Shown here in pieces: positions 10,751-19,774 of a stretch of DNA of 64,000 nucleotides (its first letter is position 1; every line of letters starts with the position of its first letter). The DNA is from an uncultured Gemmatimonadaceae bacterium (GTDB lineage: Bacteria > Gemmatimonadota > Gemmatimonadetes > Gemmatimonadales > Gemmatimonadaceae): contig CAWHHI010000016.1 of assembly GCA_963829055.1 (NCBI GenBank), positions 1,182,192 through 1,246,191 on the forward strand. Reading direction: 5' to 3'. The notes under the pieces were generated by a model. The model did no database searches and had not been told where the DNA came from. It was given only the letters and a program-made list of their open reading frames with translations. Both the position numbers and the translations under genes were made by a program.

Positions 10751-11812
10751 TTAGACGCGGATTCCGCTCTCCGGAGCCGGCACGTGACGGATGACTGCCG
10801 CCACGATCTGCTCGGCGGTGACTGCGTCAGCGTCGGCAGCGAAGTTGGGCAGCACGCGGTGCCGCAGCACCGGCTGCGCGACCCGCCGTACGTCGTCGGG
10901 CGTGACCGCCGCGCGGCCGGACAGGAGCGCGTGGGCCTTGGCGCCTAACACGAGTGCCTGCCCCGCGCGCGGACCCGCGCCCCAGCGCACGTAGCGCTTC
11001 ACGAGATCGGGCGGTGGCGCGGACGCACCGTTGGTCGCGCCATCCTCGGTTGGCGGACGCGTCGCTCGCGCCAGCGCCGCCGCATATCGCAGGATCGGCT
11101 CGGCCGCCGGCAACTCTCGCGTCAGGCGCTGCAGCGCACTCGTCTGCGCCGCGTCCAGCATGGGCTCGAGCGCGACTTCACTGGCACCCGTGGTGGAGCG
11201 GAGAATGCCGACTTCCTCTTCTTCGTTCGGGTACCCGATGCGAATGTCGAAGAGAAAGCGGTCCAGCTGCGCTTCGGGCAGCGGATACGTTCCTTCCTGC
11301 TCGATCGGGTTCTGCGTCGCGAGCACGAAGAACGGCTCCGGTAGACGCATCGTCTCGCCCGCCGCCGTCACGCGATGCTCCTGCATCGCTTCGAGCAGCG
11401 CGGCCTGCGTGCGTGGTGGCGCGCGGTTGATCTCATCCGCCAACACGATGTTCGCGAACACCGGGCCGCGCACGAACCGGAAGCTGCGAGCGCCCGTGGC
11501 CGCATTCTCCTCGAGCAGCTCGGTGCCCGTGATGTCGCTCGGTACGAGGTCCGGCGTGAACTGAATCCGGCGGAAATCCAGCCGCATCGACTCGGCCACC
11601 GAGCGAACCATCAGCGTCTTGGCGAGACCGGGAACGCCGACGAGCAGCGCATGGCCACCCGCCAGTACCGCCATGAGGATCTCGTCCAGCACCGCGCGTT
11701 GCCCGACGATGCGTCTGCGAGACCTCATCACGCAGGCGGACAGCGGCGGCGAGGAGCGACTCGCGCTCCGCGGCGGATGCGGGCGCGTTAGGCGTGGGCA
11801 GCGTCGTGCTCA
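10751..11812 (-). CDS. moxR: MoxR-family AAA+ ATPase (5' end approximate, frameshift near 11715)
   Basis: GVPGLAKT, RIQFTPDLVPSDITG, LADEINRAPPRTQAALLEAMQE, ATQNPIEQEGTYPLPEAQLDRF. Confidence 0.95.
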
Positions 11813-12136
11813 GCGGACCGGACGGCGACGGCGATAGGTGACGAGAAACGTCGAGCCGTTCGTCGCGCCCGTGTCGGCAATCGACACGTTCTCATCGAGG
11901 ATCTCGAAGCCATTGAGCTTCAGAACGTACGCATCGGCCGGGCCACCGTCGGGCTGCAGCGCCGCAATCGCCTGCGCTTTGAGCGTGCCGACGCGCTCGC
12001 TCGCCGGCGTCTCGACGCGCACCACGTCCCAGGCTTCCAGCATCTGTACCCGAACCGTGATCCGCGGCTGACCATCGGCGCCAAGGCGGAGCACGCCAGG
12101 CCGCGAGCGGATCTGTGACACGAAGGGAGCGGTCAC
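11810..12136 (-). CDS. Ubiquitin-like (beta-grasp, YukD/EsaB-like) protein
   Basis: ITVRVQ...ERVGTLKAQAI...YVLKLNGFEILDENVSIADTGATNGSTFLV fits the ubiquitin fold pattern; no C-terminal GG. Confidence 0.6.
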   Translation of the reverse strand: MTAPFVSQIRSRPGVLRLGADGQPRITVRVQMLEAWDVVRVETPASERVGTLKAQAIAALQPDGGPADAYVLKLNGFEILDENVSIADTGATNGSTFLVTYRRRRPVR

Positions 12137-12432
12137 GACGCGGCCTGGGCAACGGGAGGCAGCGTCGCGAAGAACCGCGCGATCTGCTGGTCGAACAGGT
12201 AGCTCGATCCGGTCACGCGAGTGCCGGCGCCTTCCGAGGCCGGCACGGCGCCGATCAACACTTCCTCGCCGCCCTGCCCGCGAAGGCTCACGAACGACGG
12301 GCCTTCTCTCTCCACGAACGCGGCGTAGATGTTGTTGCGCCGAGCGAAGAACACCTTGGCTGCACTGATCACGTCTGGGACGCTGAGACTCGTAGCGGCT
12401 TCCTGTAGCGTGCGGTCTTGCTGAATGTTCAT
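12133..12432 (-). CDS. Hypothetical protein (99 aa)
   Basis: Protein-like ORF whose stop overlaps the start of the ubiquitin-like gene. Confidence 0.6.
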   Translation of the reverse strand: MNIQQDRTLQEAATSLSVPDVISAAKVFFARRNNIYAAFVEREGPSFVSLRGQGGEEVLIGAVPASEGAGTRVTGSSYLFDQQIARFFATLPPVAQAAS

Positions 12433-12453
12433 CCGTGAGGTGACTGGCTGTCG

Positions 12454-13851
12454 TCAGGCATCTCCCGCCAGCTCGACGGGAGACTCGTACTCGAGCGGCA
12501 GCGCGACGCTGAACGTCGAGCCCTCGCCGAGCGTCGATCGCAACTCGATGCTGCCACCGAGCAACTGCGCGAGACGCTGCGCAAGTGCCAGACCGAGACC
12601 CGAGCCGCCGTACCGACGCGTCGCCGACCCGTCGACCTGGCGGAACTCATCGAACACGTACTGCTGAGCGTCGACCGAGATCCCGATACCGGTGTCCTGT
12701 ACGCGGTACACGACCCGGTCGTTGGCCAGTGCAACACTCGCCACGATCTCGCCGCGCTCGGTGAACTTCACCGCGTTGCCGAGTAAGCTAACGAGGATGC
12801 GGAAGATTTTCTTCCGATCGCTGTGGATCTTCGGCAGGATCGTCGTCGGCTCTTCGAGTCGGATCTCGACGCGCACGCCAGGTGCGGCTACCGAGGCCAC
12901 CGCCTCGCGAAGCGGCGCACGTGGGTCGACGGCTTCGATGAACAAATCGAGCTCACCGCGCTTGAGCGTCGTGAGCTCGATGAGATTCTCGATCAGATCG
13001 AGCAGCCGCTCGCTCGCGCCCTTCACGTGCGTGAGGTCGTGGCGCTGGCCGTCGGTGAGTGGACCGGAGATCCCTTCCTGAAGGATCGAGATGTACCCGA
13101 GCACCGCCGTCAGCGGCGTGCGAAGCTCGTGCGAGATGTTGGCGAGGAACTCGTCCTTCAACCGGCGCGCCTGTAGCACGGCAGCGTATTGGCGCTCGAG
13201 CTCGGCGTTCGCTTCGACCAGCGCGCCATTCGACCGGCGCAGTTGGTCGATGAGCAGCGATTTCTCCGCCGTCGCGGCCATCTGGTCCGCGACAATGCGG
13301 AGCAGGCTTCGTTTCTCCGGCGAGAACGACTCCGCATCGGCGAAGTAGAACGTGACTGCACCGAGCACCCGAGACCCGGTCTGCAGCGGAAGCGCGATCA
13401 GCGCGCGGAAGCCGAGCTCCGCGGCGACTTCCTGCCAGTCCTCCAGCTCGTTGTCGGCGAATACGTCGGGGACTTCGATCGTCCGCCGCTCGCTCGCGGC
13501 CTCGCCACTGGGACCGAACCCGAGTCGCACGCGCGCTTCGCCAAGCCACGGTCGGAACCGCTGCGGCCAGTTGTGCGCGCCACCAAGCCGCATCAGCTCT
13601 GACGCGCCATCGACGAGGTACACCGATGCGAACGTCGCGCCGACCAGTGGACTCACTCGGTCAAGCGCGAATTGATAAACCTCTTCTGGGCGGTCGGCGG
13701 TCAGGAAGGCGTGTATGACCTCCCTGACCGCCAGCAGCTCCCGCATTGCCTGATCGGGAGCGCCAGCGGGCGGACGAAAGCGGTCCGTGCGTGAGACGGA
13801 TGACTTTGGCACAGGGTGCAATCTAAAGATGGAACGGCAGATGCGCGACAA
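12454..13851 (-). CDS. GAF-domain sensor histidine kinase (true start may be near 13746)
   Basis: GAF region, FLANISHELRTPL H-box, LLGNAVKFT, DTGIGI, GGSGLGL. Confidence 0.93.
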   Translation of the reverse strand: MSRICRSIFRLHPVPKSSVSRTDRFRPPAGAPDQAMRELLAVREVIHAFLTADRPEEVYQFALDRVSPLVGATFASVYLVDGASELMRLGGAHNWPQRFRPWLGEARVRLGFGPSGEAASERRTIEVPDVFADNELEDWQEVAAELGFRALIALPLQTGSRVLGAVTFYFADAESFSPEKRSLLRIVADQMAATAEKSLLIDQLRRSNGALVEANAELERQYAAVLQARRLKDEFLANISHELRTPLTAVLGYISILQEGISGPLTDGQRHDLTHVKGASERLLDLIENLIELTTLKRGELDLFIEAVDPRAPLREAVASVAAPGVRVEIRLEEPTTILPKIHSDRKKIFRILVSLLGNAVKFTERGEIVASVALANDRVVYRVQDTGIGISVDAQQYVFDEFRQVDGSATRRYGGSGLGLALAQRLAQLLGGSIELRSTLGEGSTFSVALPLEYESPVELAGDA

Positions 13852-13960
13852 CTGCCGAGGTTGTCGTCGCGACCGAGTGGGCGCAGCCGCATGTTTCGCG
13901 TTGCGCCCTCATCTGTTTCCATCAGACGACGCTGCCGTGAGGACGGCACCAAAGTCAACC

Positions 13961-16900
13961 CTACTGAACCGCTTTCGTCGCGCAGCTCAAGCCCGAGAAG
14001 AACGCCGGGTCGCCCAATCCAGCGGGGACGCTCATCTCCACCGGCACGCGCACCTGGCCGAATACCACCTCGTAAATCTTGGTCCCTGCCACCGGTCCGG
14101 GCTTGGCCTCGTTCCAGTACATCAGGAGCGGCGCCCATGTCCCGTTGTCGCGCGACGTCCCCGAACCGGAGCGAGAGAACTCGACGCCCGCCTCCTCCTT
14201 GAACCGCCACGTCGGCGTGACCGTGTGTTCTCCACCGCGCGCGAACTGAAACGTCTCGTCGCCGAACGTCATCGTCATGATCGGAACCGCCTCGGTCAGC
14301 TGCGGGCGCAGGCTGAACTGCAGGCGCGGCTCGGCGGCACCAGCCGGAAATAGTGCGTCCGTAATGCGACGCGAGTTGTTCATGAAGCGCAGCAGTTGAT
14401 CCGTGGGCACCGGCCCGCCCGGTATGGCGCGATAGTCGCTACCAGCGCGCGCGAGCACCTTGCCCTGCAGCGCCGCTTCGAAGAACTGGTTGATCTGTCC
14501 CGTCGGCTTGAACAGCTTCGTGAGCTCCGCGCCCGTGGCCCTCGCCTCGGCCTTCGCGAACGGAAATTTCTCGAGCACGTCGCGCGCTTCGGTGCAGAAC
14601 GCCGCGGCCGCGGCATTGATCGCGCTCACATCGCCTTCCTTTTTCTTCCCAACGATCTCGGTCGTGAGCAGCGACTGGATCAGCCGTTCGATGCGCTCGG
14701 CGGGCGTCAGAAAGAGCCGGCTCAGCGCGAGTTGGCGCTCGGGCTCTGTCGCGAACAGCCGCGACAATTTCCCGACCGAGCCTCGTACTGCGCCTGCCGC
14801 GGTGCTGGCGGCCTGCAGCGGACCCGAGGCGTCGGCTCCGGCTGGCACCGCGGCAACCTGGTGGAGGGCTGTCGCCAGGGCGCCGAGTTGGTCCATGTAG
14901 TCCTGGTTCGCGCCGCCGATGTAGGTGTCCTTGTTCTTGAGCGGCATCACGACGTCGACGGGCTGCAGCGGAACGCGGATGCCGACACTGTCAACGACCG
15001 CGTTCTCCGAAACCCTGAGGAGCATGCCGAGGAGTGGCGACGTCGGGCCGGCGAGCACGTCGAGCTTGCGGGCCGCATCATCCAGCGTGGCGAAGCCCAC
15101 GATGCTCGCCGAGCTCACGTAGCGTCGCCACGCGGCGACGTAGTCGTCCGTGTAGCGCTTCTTGAGATCGCGCGCGAGCTGATCTCGGTCGTTAGGCGGC
15201 TTCGCGACCCCGCCGGTCACCCAGGGCTCGCCCTGGAGGAACCGATCGAGGTCTTTCGTGAGCGCGGTATCGACGAGGTACGCCCAGGCTTCCTTCGTGA
15301 ACTGCGCGGGCACTTCCACGGGATTCACGACCACGCCGCCACCGGCGGAGCCGAGCCTCACGGGTTGACCGCGACGAGCGGCCTCGGTGACCATGGAGAT
15401 GTAGATCGGCGTGATGCCGACCGACTTCGCGAGCACGGCGCGCGCCGAGCCGATGAGCGAGGCGTCGCCCTTGTCCGTGTACGGATTGCCGTACGGCAGC
15501 TCGCTCCCGAAGAACTCGAACTGTCGGCGCGCGATCTCGCGAGCGGACGAGTCGACGCTGCTCGCCTGTGGCCACGCGCCGAGCAGTGCCGGCCCCACGA
15601 ACTCCGGCGTGCTGTGATCCGGTGCGTCGGTGGTGACGAGATAGGCGCGAAGCAGGCGATACGCGGAGTCGTACGGGACCGTCGCGTTAGGTGCGGACAA
15701 CGCCGTCGTGGCCCGTCGCAACCCGACCCGCGTCGAGTCGTACAGGAGCCGCGCGAAGCGATCGAAGTACAGCGCACGCGCGCGTGGATACATCCGATCG
15801 CCGGAGTACAGCCCCCACTGCAGCCAGAACGGCGGGCCATCGTGGACGTGACGACTCAGCACGTCGGCCTGCTCGCGAAGCGAATCGAGCCGCGCGAGCG
15901 CATCCGTCGGGGGAATCGCAATCGTCTCACGGGGGAGCGTCGAAGCGGATGCCGCCGCCGCACTGACGGCGCGTTGCAGCCGACGATTGCCGATGAACGA
16001 CGTCGTGAACGCGATCGCGAGCGCTGCCGCGAGTCCTACGCCCACGGCAGCAAGGGTTCGTCGTAACGCAGAAATGCGCGCGCCGCCGCGCGTCGCACCC
16101 ATCGCGAACGAGTCAGCGAGGACCACGTCCTGAATCAGCCCGGAGAGGAAAACCCATTCCGGCTTCTTGCGCCCACCACTGGCCGCGGGCTGCGGTGCCA
16201 TCGATGACGCGGCCGCGACCGGCCGAAAGACGCTCGTCGCGCCAGCCGGCTGCGCCTCACGCGCTGGCATGAGCGACGGAATCGCGGCTGCCCCATCAGC
16301 CGAGACAACGGCCCGTACGCCGGTGAGGTAGAACCCACGCAGCACCGGGCCGACACCCAGCTCCGTCGGGCGACAGAGCTCGACGAGGAACTGCACCGCG
16401 GCGGGGGCGAGCTTGCGCACCTCGCGCGGGAACTCGTACGCCGCGGGCTTCCGATCCCCAGCGCTCTCGCGCGCGAGCACCTCGATGCGCCGCGACGCCA
16501 TCCCGGAGAAGAGGCGCGACCACGCGTCCGTCAGGCGGCGACTCTCTCGCTCGGCGTAGCTCGCGCCGTCCGTTCGCGCCGAGAGCGGCAACGTCGCCCC
16601 CAGCACCACGCGTGTTTCATCGCGCGTGAAGTTCTGCACGTACTCGGCGAATCCGGGAACGCGATCGACCTTCGAGAACACCACGTACACCGGGAGGCGG
16701 ATCCCGAATTCCTGCGCGAGTTGCCCAAGCCGATCGCGAAGCGCGCGTGCGGCGGCGGCAGCCGCGTCGCCGGCGCCGCCGGCGGCAAGCCCTTCGCAGC
16801 TGTAGCACACGACCGCGACGCGCGGCGCCTGCTGTCCACTCGACAGCGCGCCCCGGACGCGCGCCGGACGCAGACGCCGCATGAACCAGCGCCACCGCGC

Positions 16901-17395
16901 CGGCTCGTCCGCGATGTCGCGGCCCGTCTCGACGAATAGGGTGCTGCGGCCGAACCAGAGGTTGACGCCGCGCGTCGCCAACACGGCATCGTCGCGGAAC
17001 ACATCGCCCGTGAGCAGCTCGACGTCCACGCCCGACCGCACGACCGATGACGTCTTCGTGCTGCCCGGTGGACCGAGCAGCAGCACGATCGGCAGCCTGC
17101 CTAACGCGCCAGACGGCGCGACCTTCGCCAGCGCGAGCTTCTTCTCCGCCGCGACGAGCGATTTCTGCACTTCGTCGACGACGCCGTCCTTGGGCTGCGG
17201 CGCCGGCGCCGGCTTGCGCAGCAGATAGATGAGCAGGACGGCGGCGACGAGCACGCCGAGCAGCGCCAGACCGCCTCGCAGAATCATCGCGTTGCGCCCT
17301 TGCAGCCCGAGTATGGTCGCCAGCCGCCACACGCCGAGGAGGTAGAGGGCGAGGCCGGCCACGACGATCGCCGACATTCCGAGCTTGCGCTTCAT
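13961..17395 (-). CDS. tssM: T6SS membrane complex subunit TssM (IcmF)
   Basis: Two N-terminal TMs, P-loop-like GPPGSTKT, LPVYVVFSKVD, LRGFYLTG, third TM, WGLYSG, FPF motif; adjacent to tssL. Confidence 0.9.
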   Translation of the reverse strand: MKRKLGMSAIVVAGLALYLLGVWRLATILGLQGRNAMILRGGLALLGVLVAAVLLIYLLRKPAPAPQPKDGVVDEVQKSLVAAEKKLALAKVAPSGALGRLPIVLLLGPPGSTKTSSVVRSGVDVELLTGDVFRDDAVLATRGVNLWFGRSTLFVETGRDIADEPARWRWFMRRLRPARVRGALSSGQQAPRVAVVCYSCEGLAAGGAGDAAAAAARALRDRLGQLAQEFGIRLPVYVVFSKVDRVPGFAEYVQNFTRDETRVVLGATLPLSARTDGASYAERESRRLTDAWSRLFSGMASRRIEVLARESAGDRKPAAYEFPREVRKLAPAAVQFLVELCRPTELGVGPVLRGFYLTGVRAVVSADGAAAIPSLMPAREAQPAGATSVFRPVAAASSMAPQPAASGGRKKPEWVFLSGLIQDVVLADSFAMGATRGGARISALRRTLAAVGVGLAAALAIAFTTSFIGNRRLQRAVSAAAASASTLPRETIAIPPTDALARLDSLREQADVLSRHVHDGPPFWLQWGLYSGDRMYPRARALYFDRFARLLYDSTRVGLRRATTALSAPNATVPYDSAYRLLRAYLVTTDAPDHSTPEFVGPALLGAWPQASSVDSSAREIARRQFEFFGSELPYGNPYTDKGDASLIGSARAVLAKSVGITPIYISMVTEAARRGQPVRLGSAGGGVVVNPVEVPAQFTKEAWAYLVDTALTKDLDRFLQGEPWVTGGVAKPPNDRDQLARDLKKRYTDDYVAAWRRYVSSASIVGFATLDDAARKLDVLAGPTSPLLGMLLRVSENAVVDSVGIRVPLQPVDVVMPLKNKDTYIGGANQDYMDQLGALATALHQVAAVPAGADASGPLQAASTAAGAVRGSVGKLSRLFATEPERQLALSRLFLTPAERIERLIQSLLTTEIVGKKKEGDVSAINAAAAAFCTEARDVLEKFPFAKAEARATGAELTKLFKPTGQINQFFEAALQGKVLARAGSDYRAIPGGPVPTDQLLRFMNNSRRITDALFPAGAAEPRLQFSLRPQLTEAVPIMTMTFGDETFQFARGGEHTVTPTWRFKEEAGVEFSRSGSGTSRDNGTWAPLLMYWNEAKPGPVAGTKIYEVVFGQVRVPVEMSVPAGLGDPAFFSGLSCATKAVQ

Positions 17396-17459
17396 GACAT
17401 CACCGGCCGTACCGATGGGTCGTTAGGCGCGACGCGCGCGCCCAGGCATGGGGTCTCGA

Positions 17460-18164
17460 TCACGCGATGGTTCCCCCGGAGCGCAACACGACGAAGTAGA
17501 TGATGTAGAGCGCGACAGCCACCGCGAGCGTTGCGGCACCGGCGAACACCAGACGCCGTAACCACGGGTCTCGCGTTCGCGGCAAGACTTCGCCAGTCGG
17601 GATCGCCCAATCGGGCGCGAGCGGCGGCGTACCACCGCGGATGCGGGTCACCTGTTCGCGAACACGCGACGTCCAGAGCCCGAGCTCATCGCGATTCGTC
17701 GCGCTATAGCGGCCCTGGAATCCGAGCAGGAGGCAGAGGAGATAGACCTCGAGCACATCCGCCAGATCCTGCGACGGGTCGCGTGTCATGAGTTGTTGCA
17801 GGTACTGAAAGAATGCTTCGCCACCGACGTGGCCACCGAACAGCTCATCCTGCAACGGCCGGCGAGGCCAGTCGCGGAACATCGGCTGCGCGGAATTCAG
17901 AATCGACTCGTCGATGAACGCGACGACGGCGTAGAGGACGTAGCGAACGTCGCCCTGCGCGTAGCCTGCCTGACGCGCGTCCTGATCGGCGGCGGCAATC
18001 AGCTGCTTGAGGTGCGTACGAAAGCTTTCGGCGTCGGTGGGTCCTTGCCGATTCGCGCGAAGACGAACGGTCGCCGTCAGCAACTCCTGCACGATCAGCG
18101 CGAGCTGCCCTGCTCGACTCGCCACAGGCGTCGGCACGGAATCGATCGCTGCGGGATGACTCAT
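17460..18164 (-). CDS. tssL: T6SS TssL (DotU family)
   Basis: YAVVAFIDESIL, W..RPLQDELFG..GGEAFF, EVYLLCLLLGFQGRY, C-terminal TM. Confidence 0.93.
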   Translation of the reverse strand: MSHPAAIDSVPTPVASRAGQLALIVQELLTATVRLRANRQGPTDAESFRTHLKQLIAAADQDARQAGYAQGDVRYVLYAVVAFIDESILNSAQPMFRDWPRRPLQDELFGGHVGGEAFFQYLQQLMTRDPSQDLADVLEVYLLCLLLGFQGRYSATNRDELGLWTSRVREQVTRIRGGTPPLAPDWAIPTGEVLPRTRDPWLRRLVFAGAATLAVAVALYIIYFVVLRSGGTIA

Positions 18165-18258
18165 GATTGGTCCGGGAAACGAAGCGGTAACTTGTCGCCG
18201 ACGGCAACGGGGCGCCATCCCTGGCGCGTGGCGATGGAGTGCACGACTGCGGCGTTCG

Positions 18259-19614
18259 TCAAGACTCCAGGACGATCAGCAGCTCGACCTCGGCGTCGGG
18301 GAACGAGTCGGGCACGTAGACGCCGATCTCGCCTGTGTCGGACAGATCGGTCCAGCACGGTCCGACTCGACCCAACGCGAAGTAGTGCGTGTCTGCGCGC
18401 GGAGAGATGGCGACAGGCGGAACAGCGACGTGCTCGACCGTCAGACCACTGCGCGCCCGACGCACCAACTCGACGGTGAAGCGCTTCGAGCAGACTTTCA
18501 CGAGTTGCGGTGCGCGACCGATGATCGTCGCGTCGGGCGCGCTCGAGCGAAGTGCGAGCAACCACCGCGCGCGCCCGAAGCATTGCCGGTCCGTGATGGT
18601 GCCGCTGAACAGGTAGTCGGCATCGCGTTTGAGCGGCACGCGCACACAGTTCGACGGAATGATGACGCCAAGGCTGCTGCGGATTCGCTGTTCCAGCACC
18701 GCGAAGCAGGTGCCGAGGTCGTCGTGATCGTATGACGGGAGATCGCGCGGGTGCGCGTCGAGTGCGAACGTGCAGAGCGATCCGGCGAGCCGAGAAAGAT
18801 CCGCGAACAGACGCTCGGGATGCGCATCGCGCGCGATCAGGTGATGTCGCAACGCGGCGACGTTCGCGTTCACCGTGTGCTGAATCCAGAACGTCGCCAC
18901 CTCGTGCGCGGCATACTCGGCGAACCCCTGGCCTGATGCTTGTCGCGCTCGGGACAGCTCGTCGCTCTTCGTATCGAGCATCTGCACGAGCCGAGCGAGC
19001 GTCGTCATCAGCGGTTCACTTGCCGCCAGATGCAGCGACGGTGGAATGAACGTCGGATCGTATGCGAACTTCCCGGCGCCATCGCGATGCACGCGCGCAA
19101 TTGGAAGCGCGATCTCATCCTCGCGGCGTTCGGAGTCGAGAATCAGACGAAAATTCTTGCGGCCCAGCTCGACGGCGTGATCGTCGCGTCCCGTGGTGTC
19201 ATCGCGCACCGATCGCGTCTCGAGCTGAAACCGCGGCCCGCCGCCATTGCCTGATCGCGGCTGATCGCAGTTCGCGCCATTCTGGACGAAGGGTGGAACC
19301 GCGAGCATCACGAGATGGCTGTCGTGCGTCGGCGAGAATACGTTTCGAATCTCGCGGGCGTCTGGAATCGGATCGGCATCGGGCATGTAGAACGCGAGGC
19401 CGTCGGGCATCACGCCCTGCGCGTGCACGAGCGAAACGACGCCATTCGCGATGGCGTGTGCGTCCAGCTCGAACGCCGTCACGCCGTAGGGCTTGTAGTA
19501 CAGCTGGCCGAGGGCGAAGCGAACGGAATCTTCGAAGTACCGACTCTGCGTCTGAAAATGGTGCTGCGCGAGGTGCATGCCCTCGTGCCATACTACCTTC
19601 GACAAAAGCGTCAT
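18259..19614 (-). CDS. tssK: T6SS baseplate TssK, paralog 2
   Basis: KVVWHEGMHLAQHHFQ, GVMPDG, FIPPSL, HPERLF, YDHDDL. Confidence 0.92.
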   Translation of the reverse strand: MTLLSKVVWHEGMHLAQHHFQTQSRYFEDSVRFALGQLYYKPYGVTAFELDAHAIANGVVSLVHAQGVMPDGLAFYMPDADPIPDAREIRNVFSPTHDSHLVMLAVPPFVQNGANCDQPRSGNGGGPRFQLETRSVRDDTTGRDDHAVELGRKNFRLILDSERREDEIALPIARVHRDGAGKFAYDPTFIPPSLHLAASEPLMTTLARLVQMLDTKSDELSRARQASGQGFAEYAAHEVATFWIQHTVNANVAALRHHLIARDAHPERLFADLSRLAGSLCTFALDAHPRDLPSYDHDDLGTCFAVLEQRIRSSLGVIIPSNCVRVPLKRDADYLFSGTITDRQCFGRARWLLALRSSAPDATIIGRAPQLVKVCSKRFTVELVRRARSGLTVEHVAVPPVAISPRADTHYFALGRVGPCWTDLSDTGEIGVYVPDSFPDAEVELLIVLES

Positions 19615-19774
19615 GTCGCCCCTTGGTGACGCGCCCCGCGAGCACGTTCGTCGCCGCACCCGTTTGCGCCGACTCGCGGTTTCAGCAACTATACAACCGA
19701 ATCTCCGTGGCGGCACGCAGCACGCGTGCGCGACTTGAAACATTGTCAAACACTTCCAACACCACGCGGCGCCG

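Noticed and set aside
13807..13821. Sigma54 promoter-like TGGCACAGGGTGCA
   Set aside because: GG-to-GC spacing is 8 nt, not the required 10.
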